DNA of 64,000 bases, taken from contig OX597816.1 in assembly GCA_951406725.2 (NCBI GenBank), positions 119,846,001-119,910,000 on the forward strand, written 5' to 3'. The notes under the pieces were generated by a model. That model had not been told where the DNA came from, did not search any database, and worked only from the letters and a program-made list of their open reading frames with translations. Below are positions 48,193-61,977 of the stretch, piece by piece. Numbering within the stretch: position 1 is the first letter of the stretch; each line of letters begins with the position of its first letter. The position numbers and the translations under genes were made by a program. The stretch is from Octopus vulgaris (lineage: Eukaryota).

Positions 48193-48974
48193 ATTGGAAA
48201 AGACTGACAAACAGTTTCACTGAAATATAAAGATGCGAGATACAAAATAAAATAGAATACAAAGAACGGGAAACAAAAAGAAAAAAAAACAGACGCAGAA
48301 ACATAAGACAAAGTGTAACAAAGTTAGACAGGCAAAGAACCAAGGAGAAACAAAAAGAGACTGAAATAGATAAAGAAAGAAGTGGGGGTTGAAGTAGAGA
48401 GAGAAATAATGATTTAAAGAAGATGTGAAATAAATAAAAAGAAAGTTTGTATGGCTTAACTAGAAAACCAACTAACAAAAGAGGATAAAGATATCTATCC
48501 TACAGAATTCTGTTTTGCAATGTATACAGGTCACAGAGATTAAAGATAATCTCGTTGTCTTCAAATATACATACTTAAAGAAAAAACGGGTGCAAATAAT
48601 ATTTAAGATACATTTCTATAGATATACAGAGGTATACTCCAATTAAGTGAAGGGTATGGTCGATTACATCAATCCTAGTACACGTGCTATCTTGTACTTA
48701 TTTTATCAATCCCTATCGAACGGATAAGTAACTTATGACAGGTAGTGTCAGAACTTGACACACTTGTGGTTTGCACAAACACAAACATTCACACGCACGC
48801 ATTCTCACTGATACACACACATCGACGAATACAGCAACGAATTTAGGGTACAGATAGTTCACTAGAGCTTGGTTCCCAGATTTGCTCCTATTCATCATAA
48901 TTCATATAAGAAGAATTTAAGACCAGTATCCCATGGGTACTATTGTATGTTTTTGGTGGATTATGTAGCAGAAC

Positions 48975-49620
48975 AAGGAAAGAAGTTCCAGATATGGAAG
49001 CAAAACCTGGAATCAATGGGCCTTAAAGTTAACTTAGCACAAGCCAAATTTCTAGTTAGCAGGAAAACAGACAGGACTTTACACCCATCAAGAAAATGGC
49101 CCTACTTGATACATATGAACAGTGTAGGTATAAATACCATATGGTATACTCAGTGCAAGCTATAGACACAAGAGGTGTAGTTGTAGTAAAATCACAAGAA
49201 GGTTAATGGGGAAGTAGGTTTGTATGAGGAAGACATGCCAATGCAATAAACACTAAGAAGACATTAAAACTAAAATACTCTCAAATGCTCAGGAAGTTTC
49301 CTAGAAGTAGAAGATAGTTTCCATTACCTATATGACCTAATTATCAATGGAGGAGGATGTTCTGCAAGTATAGTTGCTAAAATAAGAATAGGGCATAGAA
49401 AATTCAATGAGTTAATACCACTGTTAGTAGCAAAAGGTCTCTCTCTCTCTGAGTAAAAGGCAAACTGTATGATGCTTATGTATGAACAGCAATGCTACAT
49501 GGTAGTGAGAAATAAGTCCTGAATGCAGAGGTCATGTGAAGATTAGAAATGAATGAAGATAGTATGCTCTTCTGGATAAGCAACATTAATGAGCATGTAT
49601 GACAAAAGGTGGACCCTAAA
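48975..49620 (+). mobile_element. Old decayed RTE RT fragment
   Basis: KKFQIWKQNLESMGLKVNLAQAKFLVSRK, homologous to the 24921-25703 ORF. Confidence 0.85.
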
Positions 49621-52177
49621 AGCATTATATTTATGCCTATGCATTCACCAGGCCCTGCTCCTGTACCCAATATGTTACTGTCAAGCTTTCAGCTAACACT
49701 CATTTCTCTATCACCTAACAATGGTATTGTTCAGCTACTGTAATCTTATGATAGCAGAATCTGCACATATTTGTTCCCCTTAGTGCTGCTAGTTTCCTAC
49801 TTCTTTTTCTTGAACATCTATCCAACATTCTCAATATTATCCTTTTCCATTTTAGTTTTTATTGATCATCCCTTTCATTGCCTTCAGACATCTCCTTCTC
49901 CTCTGAGTTATATCTTAGAACTGTTATTCATCACCTTCAACATCTGCTATCACTCTCAACAACCGCTCATATCTGCTATCATTTCAACAACCTCTTGTGT
50001 CTGCCATTGGTGGGATGACCCCTCTCACTATAGCTACCACTATGTACCTTTGATCTCCATCTCTGTCCCTATACAACACTCCCTTCCTTACTCTCCCACC
50101 CTGCACACCGTCTCCTTATTTTCTGATTTATCTAAAAATTTATCATACTGTTGCTCTCCACCATTCCTGTTGTGCCACATATCATCACCTACTTACTGAG
50201 CTATTTAATTTACCTTCTCCCAGTACTGTTATTTACAATCAACCATATATCCACCCATGAACATCATTCCCTACATTAACCTCTACCTTCATCTCTAACC
50301 ACCAGTCACTCTACTCTCACACTCCTGTGAATTTATTCACCCCACCATCTAATCATCAGTTTGTATCCTTTCATGCTCACCTTCTTGTTCATTGACAGTT
50401 TGCTCTGACACCTTGTCACTAACATCTTTATCTTCTTTCTAGTTACTCATATCCACTGCTAAATAATACAAGGTAGCCACATATTTCATCTAAAGCTGGA
50501 CACCTATGCCTGTCCCTCTATCACAGTCTAGTCTCTCACAATCTGGCCTCTATTTCACCCTCACTCAGTTGAGGGGCTTCTTTTTCTTTGTCTTGTAAGT
50601 TACTTGACACTGTCAATTGTGCCAGTGTCAGGATAAAAAAATACCTAGTATACTTTGTAATGTGGTTGATGTTAGGAAGGGTATCTGGCTTTAGAAACCA
50701 TACCATAACAGATACTGGAGTTTAACACAGCAAAATCCATTTTGTTGGATCCTGTCAAACTATCCAATCCATACCAGCATAAAAAACAGATGTTAAATGA
50801 TGATGTCATCTGACACTTCTTACTTGTCATCAATGTCAAATCTCAGCTGTGCTATTCCACACTTTCCATCAATCACTAAAAGTTCAGACATCACATACCT
50901 TCAAAATTATGCAAATTTAACATATTCAAAGTTTTATGTTTCCACAACTGATCAACACTATCCAAATAACTTCCTCTTTATTCTTTCAACATCGATTTTA
51001 TTTGTTAGCTCTCTTGTCTCACTCCTCATTTCAAATAATGCTATCAGCTTTGACATTAGGATTCAATGGAGTCTGCATGTGTATGTGTGTATGTTTATAC
51101 ACACATGTGTGTGTTTGCACACAGACACATACATACATACATGCATGGATGCATATAAGCAAGTGTAAAAACTAACTCTTTCTTTTTCTGAGCTGAGATT
51201 CAAAACTGAATCTAAGGATTCTTGCTTGTCTGATCTATTACTGGCCAAACAGGTGCGAAAGAAATTTCTTTGTCCTGTCAAAAAGTGTTGGATGGTTTTC
51301 TCTTCGACCTACAACCTGAGCTGGGACAGGAGGCGACCTACATAGATAGAAATTACTTCTGTGGTATGTCTGTCCTTCTAGCTGTCATGACCATTATAAA
51401 TACAGTCAGACATACGACAGGGGCAGATAGCCACAGGCGAGACAGCCAGCAAGTAACTTGCACTAGTTAGGCAGCCAACAGAGAACCACACACTCAGCAT
51501 GAACAACCCAACACAGTAGCAGATGCAGAACATAAACAGACACCACCGAATGACCAATACACACAGAGACACAAATCATGCCTGGTTCTACCTCATCACA
51601 TCGACACAGTATTTCCCCTGTTTATTTTATTCTTCACCAACTCGAAGCAAGTTGGTAATGTCACGTAGTGAATTTTTTGGTGTATACAATACGTAAATAC
51701 AAGTGTTGTTTATATAAATTATTTAAACCACAATCCGATGCTTTCCCATTGTTTTACTTTGGTGTTATCCACATGCCTATTTCATCTGCTACATCAGCAT
51801 CTTTTGCTACACCTTTCCCACTACACATGCATGATGGCTGTCTGCTCCTTGCAGAGCTTTACCTCTTCTTGTACCTACAATTACTCTTTCCTAGCATGAG
51901 ATCTTAAATTACTTTTGAGCCCTGAAATGTGTTTGAAGAGCTTATCACATATTCAGCATTGACTCCATTTTCTGCTAGTTTATTATGAATATTCAAGTAC
52001 TGTGTCATTCCTCCACATGACTTGCAGGTTTTAAAAATTTTTTGATAGACAATGCATTAAAACTAGTCATCCAGAACAAAATTTCAATAGTTCAAATATG
52101 CCTTATCCACATGGGCATGCTAGTGCAACCTCATACAGGCATAAAATATGCATATTTTGTGCATAAAGAGCATTTAA

Positions 52178-52398
52178 CCCTTTAGCATTTAAACCGGCCA
52201 TATCCGGCCAAAAGTATTCTGCCTGTTTTATGTTCAAATTGGCCAGATCTGGTCTCTCACACCAGCCCTACAATATTGTTTAAAAAATTAACAGCTACCT
52301 CATCAAAATCTCCTAGCTACAAGATAATGCATGATTAATTCAAAACAATGTGGATAAAGAAGCATTAATTTTGGCAGAATAATGTGAACACTAAAGGG
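52178..52398. mobile_element. 221-bp piggyBac-type MITE (copy 3)
   Basis: TTAA|CCCTTTAG ... CTAAAGGG|TTAA; same internal sequence as copy 1. Confidence 0.9.
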
Positions 52399-52455
52399 TT
52401 AAAGAAGGAATGAGAAGAATTTGTGGGGGATAGATACATACATACATAATTAGAT

Positions 52456-52486
<31 letters not shown>

Positions 52487-54127
52487 TAGTTAGATAGATA
52501 AACAGACAGACACAGGTGAGGGGTGTGATTAAGAAGTTTGCTTCTTAACTCAATGATTATGTGTTTATTCCCAGTGCATAATACTTTGAGCAAGTGTTTT
52601 CTCCCATAGCCCTGGGTGAACCAAAGCCTTGTAAATGGAACTGGTATATGGAAACTGAAAGAAGCAAATTGTGTGTGTGTGTGTGTATATACACACATAT
52701 ATTATCATCATCATCATCATCATAATCTGATATCCATGTTCCATGCTGGTATGGGTTGGACAAAAATGCTCTGGTAGCAGTGTGTGTGTGTTTGTGCCTC
52801 CTTGTCTTGACATCATATGTTAGTTGTAATGAGTGTCACAGTTATAGAAGCAGTGTTGTTCATTTCCAGAATTCAATAAAAGCAAGTCTGGCCATGGGAA
52901 AATATTGTCTTGCTTGGAAACAGGTAAGGACTAGCAAGAAGGAGGAAGGCTGTCAGGCCAGAGTAAATCTGCTGCAATAAACTTCCTCTGATCCATCCAA
53001 GCAAGGAAGAGACATTAAAATGATGATGAAGATGATGGCATACATACTTACATACATACATACACAAATACATACATACAAGTATACATACATGCACACA
53101 AACACACATCACTAAGTTTAACACCACCACATTGTGTACCTTTAGCTGAGTCAACATTCAGGCCAGGTCTCCAATCTGAGTGTAACTTCCTCCCTTGTTT
53201 CCAACAGTTTTGGCAGCTCTGAAAAAGAGTCATGGGCACTGCATTGTCTCCTAAGTGAAAAATTAAAAACACACACACACACACACAATGAGGTATCCTA
53301 TGTACTGATATAAATGAATCTATATATAAATATGCAGATGCTTAGAGAGAGAAAGAGGTTAGAGACAGACAGATAGGCATGCAGATGGATGGAAGGAAGG
53401 AAGGAAGGATGGATGGCCAGACAGTCAAATACAAAAGCATACATGTAGATAGATGGCTAAGTAGCATGATAGACAGACAAAAAGATGATGTAGATAGGTA
53501 ACTTACTTGCTAGCTAGATATATTAATAAACAGTTAGATAGGAAGATTAAAAGCTAAAAAAAAAAAGAAAAAGAGAGAGAGAGATTAAGCCTGCTTTATA
53601 ATTCCCCAAAGAACTTGATGGTGTATAACAAGATCAGTGACCTAAATTCTAGGCTGGAAACTCAAAATATTTTTAGGGCTTTCTAGTTCAAACTTTCTAT
53701 GTCAGCAGTAGACAGGTCGGTCAGTCAAGTTTAATCTGTAACAGCTAGCTGAGTTTGAAAATAATACCACAGCTCAATTAACTCGCAGTGCATTAATATA
53801 CCAACAACTGATCTCTACACAGTAAAATTGTACATGATAATTCATTTTTCTTCACAGAAGCTCAAATGTTGCCAGAGAATACTAAAATCAATTGAATCAT
53901 CACCTACCAGTTCACCAAGTATACTATATATATATATAACTGGTTGTATTATATTAGTACAGTTACCTCATTTCTCCTTGTCACTGAGGAGACAACAGAT
54001 AATGTTGAAGCTTTGTGTAATTCAACTTTTACATTGTGCTGAAATGAAATTTATATTGTAAAGCATTTACTCTGCAACTCTATTGTCACCTCCACTGCCT
54101 TCACATCATTTATACTGATATAATTAA

Positions 54128-55016
54128 TAATCCTTTCTACTGGAGGCACAAGGTCTCAGACTTGGGGGAGGGGACTAGTCGATTACATCGACCCTAGTGT
54201 TTCACTGGTACTTAATTTATCGACCGCAAAAGGATGAAAGGCAAAGTCAACCTCGGTGGAAATTGAACTCAGAATGTAGCAACAGGTGAAATACTGCTAA
54301 GCATTTCATCCAGCATGCTGCCGATTCTGCCAGCCTGATATAATTAATAATAGTAATAATAATTTCTAACTTAGGTACAAGGCCAGAATTTTGAAAGAAG
54401 TAATTTAATAAAATGCATTGACTCTAGCTCTTGAGATGTGGTTAAATTTTATGGACTTCAAACAGACAAAAGTAAAGTTGACCCTCAGTAGGATTTGAAG
54501 TCAAAATATGAAGAGCTGAAAGAAATAACACACAGCATTTCTTCTAACTCTCTTAAGCACAGGACCAGCAATTCTGAGGGAAAGGGGAGCAGTTATTGCC
54601 ATCAGCTCCACAACTTGGCTGGTTCATTATTTTACTTAGCCTTAAAGGATGAAAGGAAAAATTGAACTCAATGGGATTCAAACTTTGCTTTTCATTCTTT
54701 TATGGGATGGGATCAAGCGCTAGAGTTTAATGTACTGATTTAACCCTTTCTCTTAAAATTGCAAATTTTGTGCTTAAATCAGAAACCAATAACAATAATA
54801 ATTCTATCTAATTTTTGGCACAAGGCCAGTAATTTTTAGGGGAGGGTATAATTGATTACACTTACCCCAGTGCTCAACTGGTACTTATTTTATTGAACCC
54901 AAAATGATGAAAGGCAAAGTCTATCTTGGTCATATTTCAAGTCAGAACATAAAGACAGACAAAATGCCACTAAGCTTTTTTCCTCATGTGCTAACAATTC
55001 TGACAGCTCACTGCCT
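54128..55016 (-). mobile_element. Cluster of family B SINE copies of different ages
   Basis: Clear copies at 54128-54336 and 54810-55016 with decayed copies in between. Confidence 0.75.
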
Positions 55017-55302
55017 TACCAACAACAATATTAATAAAAGCAGATTATTTTAATTAAAGAGAAGCTAATTTTGTGTAGTGGTTGATTACCATATGCAGCA
55101 TATATTTCTTTGTAGATATTTGCAATAACAAGTCCTCCCATGCTGCATTGTTATGTAAATTTCTAAACATGGCAAGGACTTACATATAATAAAATATTAG
55201 ACTTTCGCACATCAGTCACGTTTCTGCTCTCAGATAATAGAAAGTCTTATTCATATTTTAACCACAACAATTTTTTTTTTTTTTTTGAAAATGTGGTAAT
55301 TG

Positions 55303-55700
55303 AGTGCAGGTGTGAATGTGTAGAAAGAAGTTTGCTTCCCAACCATATGGCTCTGAGTTCAGTGCCACTGTATGGCACTTGGGCAAGTGTCTTCTACTAT
55401 AGCCTCGATGATCTAAGCCTTGACAGTTGATTTGGTAGATGGAAACTGGAAGAAGCCTGACAGATATATATTTATACATACATGTGTGTGTGTGTGTCTT
55501 TGTGTTTGACACCACTGCTTGACAACCAATGTTAGTTTGTTTATGTGTCAATAACTTGGCAGTTCAGCAAAAAGAAATGATAAAATAAGTACCAGGCTTC
55601 AAAAAATAAGTACTGGAGACAATTTGTTCAGCTAAAACCCTTGAAGGTGGTGCCTCAGCATGGCCATAATCAAATGAGTGAAACAAGTAAAAGATAAAAG
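55303..55700 (+). mobile_element. Family A SINE
   Basis: GGCACTTGGGCAAGTGTCTTCTACTATAGCC core and GAAACAAGTAAAAGATAAAAG tail. Confidence 0.8.
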
Positions 55701-56081
55701 ACTATATATATGTATTGTAAATAGCTTAAATATTTTATTTCTAAGAAGTATTATAACCCCTTCAAAGACCCAGCAGCCCCACAGTGGTTCCTTGATATTT
55801 ACTGCCCCCATATAAGCTTGTAATACCCCAAAGGGGCCCTACACTTGAATTCTGAACCACTGCTTTAGGTGCATAAAACCTTAAGAATGTTATCCATGCA
55901 ATTTCCCTCTTTGCCTCGAGGGCTACACAAATAGAATATCACAATAGAGTACAAGGAAACTAAATGCACATGACATTAACATGTACGCATATAAATTTAT
56001 ATATACATACATATAAATATATATGCATTTCTATCGGGATGCAAAGGGTAGGTTCCTAGCATTTTCAGATTTATAAATTCT

Positions 56082-56112
<31 letters not shown>

Positions 56113-56217
56113 TGTTATATTTCAGGATGTTCTTTTGTTTTGTCAAATAAACACATGCACTACATATTTGTTCTGCACTTATTTATTACTTTTCTTATTT
56201 CAGCTTATGCCCATTGT

Positions 56218-56257
56218 CCAGAAATCTTTCGTCACACATCTGTGACCTCTTCAGCGG
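56218..56257 (-). ncRNA. Minimal hammerhead-like motif between diverged inverted repeats
   Basis: Minus strand CCG-CTGAAGA-G-GTCAC-AGATGT-GTGAC-GAAA-GATT-TC-TGG. Confidence 0.5.
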
Positions 56258-56437
56258 TCCTTTTCTGCCCACATGTATCCTCCTGCTCCACTTAGTCCAA
56301 TAAAAACAGTGATAAATGATTGAAGAACAAATATATAATGCGTGTGTTTATTTCACACACAAAAAACAAAAAACATTGACTATCCCAAAATATAACAATA
56401 TCTGTTTCAACACACGATTTCACATCAGGCATCTTGC

Positions 56438-56680
56438 AACACACACACATGTATATATATATATAAGTATATGTATGTATGTGTGTGTATATATGTATGT
56501 ATGTGTGTGTGTGTGCATGTGTATGTGCATGCATGTGTATGTGTGCATGCGGGTATGTATGTGTGTATATATATATACACATACATATATATATATATAT
56601 ACATGTGTATATACATACATATATATATATATATATATACATGTGTATATATACATGTGTGGGTGTGTATATATAGTATA

Positions 56681-56755
<75 letters not shown>
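56438..56755. repeat. (TA)/(TG) compound microsatellite
   Basis: Direct reading. Confidence 0.95.
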
Positions 56756-56757
<2 letters not shown>

Positions 56758-57483
56758 TATAAATACATGTAAACATCTATCTACACACACAAACGTAATA
56801 CTTCCGTTATAATTAAAATAAAAGACATAATAGTGAAGTAGATTTATAAGCCTTGAATCATACTTTTAAGCCTATTACTCAAACTTTACTGCATCAGTAA
56901 TTCTACAGAAACTTTCTTATGTACATCGTATAAGAGACCTGACATTGTTTTTGACAGAGTCGACTTAGCTGAAATCTAGTGATGAATATATACACAAGCA
57001 TTTTAGCAGCAGCACCCATGTGATTTTTTCAATGTTTGCGTTATTCCAACTAAACACAAGGCGACTATATATCGACATTACTCAGTTGGAAATGACTCAC
57101 TTAATTCTAGCCAAAAGAAACTTTTACAAACTTGATTAGAAATGCGATTAAAAAATAATTTATATTGCAGATGAGGTATTCTAGTAATCTCAGTAGAATG
57201 TGGTGGGTGACTAACAAACTTTGAAACGTACATAAAAGAGTAAAAGCGCTAAAATGAAAGGAAACCTACTTATAAAACGAAAAAGAAAGAAGATAGGAAG
57301 GAAATAGTAAATACAGCAGAGATACGGAAAACGCCCAAATAGACACATTGACAATCTGGTTAGCTCAGCTATACGAGGCTACTACAGTTAGACGAGAACC
57401 CTATCTACCTATCTTGATACACACACGCATGCACGCACACATACACGTACGCATATTATCTTTTACTTATTTCAGTCATTAAA

Positions 57484-57885
57484 ATTTTTTCTGCTCTAGG
57501 CAGAAGGTCCAAAATTTTGGGGGAGGGGTCCAGTTGACTAGATCGACCCCAGTACGCAACTGATACTTAATTTATCGACGCCCGAAAGGATGAAAGGCAA
57601 AGACGACCTCGGTGGAATATGAACTCAGAACGTAGCGGCAGACGAAATACCTATTTCTTTACTACCAACAAGGGGCTAAACATAGAGAGGCCAAACAAGG
57701 GCAGACAAACTGATTAAGTCAATTATATCGACCCCAGTGCGTTACTGGTACTTATTTAATCGACCCCGGAAGGATGAAAGGCAAAGTCGACCTCGGCGGA
57801 ATATGAACTCAGAACGTAAATACAGACGAAATGCCGCTATAAGCATTTTGGCCGGAATGCTAACGTTTCTGCCAGCTCGCCGACT
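57484..57885 (-). mobile_element. Dimeric family B SINE inserted into the tail of a family A SINE
   Basis: Two body units; host SINE tail at 57460-57480 resumes near 57920 and runs to about 58210. Confidence 0.82.
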
Positions 57886-58312
57886 TAAACTGTAAATACA
57901 GTTTATTAAATACAGTTATTAAATTGCGGCCGCGGTGGGGCAGGTCCTTGAACAATTTTTAGTCGAATGAATCGCCCCCAGTACTTATTTTTCTATACCT
58001 GGGTACTTATTCATTTGGTCTCTTTTGCCGAACCGTAAACAACAATAGGTGACACCACAAAAGGTGAGACACACACAAATGTATATACGACGATGGACTT
58101 CTTACAGTGGTCGGTCCGAGGCTATAGTGGAAGACACTTGCCTAAGGTTTGTCCCGCAGTGGGATTGAACCCGGAAGCATGCGGTTGACAAGCAAACTTA
58201 GCACACAGCTACGCGTGTATACACACACATGCGTATATAATACAAATTGTGTGTGTGTGTGCACACACGCACATATGTATATTGATGTGTCTGTGTATGT
58301 GTGTGTACACAT

Positions 58313-58505
58313 TCTTTTATTTGTTTCAGTCATTTCACTGCGGTCATGCTGGAGCACCGCCTTTAGTCGAAGATATCGACCGCAGGACTTATTCTTTGTA
58401 AGCCTAATATTTATTCTATCGGACTGCTTTGCCGAATTCGGGGACGTAAACACACCAGCATCAGTTGTCAAGCGATGGTGGGTGGGTGATACAAACACAC
58501 ACATA

Positions 58506-58571
<66 letters not shown>

Positions 58572-58950
58572 ATATATATATATATATGTATGGAAATTGT
58601 AGCTGTGTAAAAAACACCCACTACACTCACGGAATGGTTGGCGTTAGGAAGCGCATCCAGCCGTAGAAACATTGCCAGATCAGACTGGGACTGGTGATAT
58701 ATATATATGTATATATATATATATGTGATATATATATATGTGCGTGTGTATTTGTCCCCCCCCCCATCATCGCTTGACAGCCGATGTTGGTGTGTTTTCG
58801 TCTCCATAACTTAGCGCTTAGGCAAAAATGACCGATAGAATAAGTACTAGGTACTTATAAAGAATAAGTCCTGTGGTCGATTTCTTCGACTAAAGGCAGT
58901 GCTCCAGCAAGGCCGCCGCATTTAAATGACTGAAATAAGTAAAAGAATTA
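58313..58950. mobile_element. Two opposed family A SINE 3' halves around microsatellites and an RTE tail piece
   Basis: 58313-58500 (minus) and 58740-58950 (plus) are mutually inverted; RTE tail at 58610-58695. Confidence 0.75.
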
Positions 58951-61627
58951 GCCAAAGTATACAGTATCATAGATTTATTTCAACCAATTTTAACAATCGG
59001 TTTCGCATCTGATATTAAGATAATCAGCCGATTACCTAATAATTGCACTAGTCAGAGATGATAGGCATAGAAAAGAGAAAAAGTACTATATGGATACACT
59101 AGATTTATTTATTTGGAGCTAGGGTGTTACTGTGTCGCTTCTCCAAGTTTTCCTTTATAATTACTTTCCTCAAAGTTATGTATGTTCTCATCTATATTTA
59201 ATTATTTGAAATCTTCTGCAAGGAAGGGGCTGGTTTCCAACAACGATACAAAAGCTCTAACGTGGGAATGTAGATAACAAAAACAGTGTCACGTGTTCTA
59301 CTTGAAAAATGTCTTACATATTTTTACTGTTCTGTTTACAGATTGTATTTGTAAGGCACAAGTTAGCTGGGCGGTTCCTTTTTCTGAAAACCCTAGCCTT
59401 TCCAGATTGTTACATAGACATTTACTTATGAAACCAAGTGTATGAAATATCAATAAGAATGTGAATTTATAATGTATAAGCTGGTATCGAAGCAATTGTT
59501 CATAATTATTCCCCCCCCCCCACTCTCTCTCTCTCTCTCTGTAATTATGTATATATACTCCTTGGGTTTCGGTTCCCACAAACAAAATTTGAGTGCAGGT
59601 TACTCACATGAATAATTAAAAAATGAATGTCAAATAAAAAGACAAACTAATTTCATTTTTAATAAAAGGAAATATTTCCTCCCATGATTTTCACAAGCCA
59701 GTTCAAAGAAGATTTACCACGCTAACCTGCCATCTGACAGAATTTCTATATTGGCCACTGTATTGATAGAGGTGCAGTAAATCAGCTCAATGAACAATGT
59801 CCGTGAGAACTTCTATGTGATTTATCGCCTGCCAGAAACAACAGCCAAATACCATTCAAATGAAAATCCTTGTCTAAAAGAATGAAAAGAAAAGAAGTAA
59901 AGCTATGGAATTGAAAAGCAAAAGAAAACATGAGACAATAGTGATGACAACGTTTTCCAAAGAAGTATACAATGTCGCCATTATTCTTGCCACTGTCACT
60001 CCTGTCTTAATCGCTCTCTCTCTCTCTCTCTAGTGTTGCTCGTACCCCAATCGCTCTCACCTTTACCGTTCATGCCTCTATGCCTTATTTCTTTGTATCT
60101 CATGTCTCGATCATCATCTGGTCCACTTAATATCAACAGCCATCATTTGCTCTTACAATTTACCAACTTCTTGCAATTTCTTTTTCCATGCCTCTTCCAG
60201 CCTCTCACTCCATTTTGCTTCTACCATCACACTCTAGCTTCCCTTTCCCACCCTAGTTCTACTGCCTGTGTGTTTGTTAAATCATACTCAGCTCCTCAGC
60301 TCGAACACACAGTGACAAGGTCTCTCTAAACTTACAGGGTACAAGACAAGTCCATTAGCGTGGATAACACCATTAGTGCTGGTGTCACTATAAATTCACC
60401 CAAAACACTCTGTAAAGTGGTTACTAGACGAGCGGAGTCGTAGGGTCGAGAGGATCCTGTACTCTTGTGGAGGAGATGCAACCTCTGTGGAACTAGTGCC
60501 GTGATAAAATACACTCAGTACACCACGTAAAGTGTAGAGTCGAGAAGAATCTTTAATCTTGTCGAGGACATGACAACTGCTCTGGAGTTTATGTCACGAT
60601 AACACGCACTCAATACACTCTGTAAAGTATTGTTAGAAAAGGTATTAAACTGTAGAAATCAAACCAAAAATGAAATGTACGAGCGACATGTTCTCCAAAA
60701 CATCTAAAGGGCAAAACCTCGGAATAAGAACTCTCTTAAAGATCTCTGTCTTGGACTGAAATGACCCATCCAACCCATGCCAGCATAGAAAACAAATGTA
60801 AAATGTTTATGAAATTATGCATACATACATTGTGAAATGTGTGGTCGCTTTGACGAATGAGAGTTCAGCAAGACACAGCTGCACATTGTTCTGTGGAAAC
60901 GACCATCATCCAATGGTTATGCAAGGTTAAAGCTGAAGATTTCCTGTAGCATCCTCTACCTGTCCCCGTTGCCTTTTCCCTACCGCTAATGGATATATGA
61001 AGAAAGTGTGATAGTGTTGGTGCTCGTGTCTTGGTTTGCTGAACAACCGGCATAATGAATACTTATTGTAGTGAGCATGGTTTATATAGAACCAGTCTCA
61101 CTCTCTCATTTTCAAATTTCTAATGGTCTGATGCAACAAGTGCCATGAGCTCAAGTTAACGGGATATAGGATCTGTATGGAGTTACTGTCTCTTAGATGA
61201 ACAGCTAAAGAGCTGAAAGGACCTCATCTGCCATGGGTCCTTTGGGGCGCCTGTAGATGACCTTCTTCTAGAGGTAATTCCGTGACGTACTAAATTAACC
61301 CATAGCTGGGATCCTGCTACTACTGCAGGTCAGAGTAGATCTGGGAACAATAGTGGCTAAGAGATGTCTTCCACATTCCTCTAAACTCTAGAAATCCCAA
61401 ACCAGGACCCCACTAACGGATGCAGTTTAAAATAATACTTAAGACACACACACACCTTTCATAATATTATTATTTTTTAATTATTAATTTAAGCTTTCTA
61501 AAATTTCTGATTTCTATGTTTAAATATCGCAGATTACGTTTCTTTAATAACAAGGAAGTTAAAAATTTCTATTGCTCTTTCAATTTTCGTTAGAACTCAC
61601 CTTTTCCGTTCAGAGTTGGCTGTAACT

Positions 61628-61848
61628 AAGGCGGCGAGCTGGCAGAAACGTTAGATAGCCGGGCAAAATACTTAGCAGTATTTCGTCTGTTTTTACGTTC
61701 CGAGTCCAAATTCCGCCGAGGTCGGCTTTACCTTTCATCCGTTCAGGGTCGATAAATTTAGTACCAGTTGCAAACTGTGGTCGATCAAATCGACTGGCTC
61801 CCTCCCCCAAAATTTTGGGCCTTGTGCCTAGAGTAGAAAAAAAAATTA
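61628..61848 (+). mobile_element. Monomeric family B SINE with 16-bp TSD
   Basis: AGAGTTGGCTGTAACT at 61612-61627 and 61849-61864. Confidence 0.92.
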
Positions 61849-61942
61849 AGAGTTGGCTGTAACTTTTACCTTTTTTATTCTCAAGTCGTTTTTTCTGAAT
61901 TGTGTTTTTAAACTCAGGAGCGAGATTCCATACACACTCACA

Positions 61943-61977
<35 letters not shown>

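Noticed and set aside
59318-59425. Possible minus-strand exon (KCLCNNLERLGFSEKGTAQLTCALQIQSVNRTVKI) that could splice in phase to 46203
   Set aside because: Weak acceptor and no recognisable homology; the end could equally be a retrotransposon C-terminus; too speculative to call
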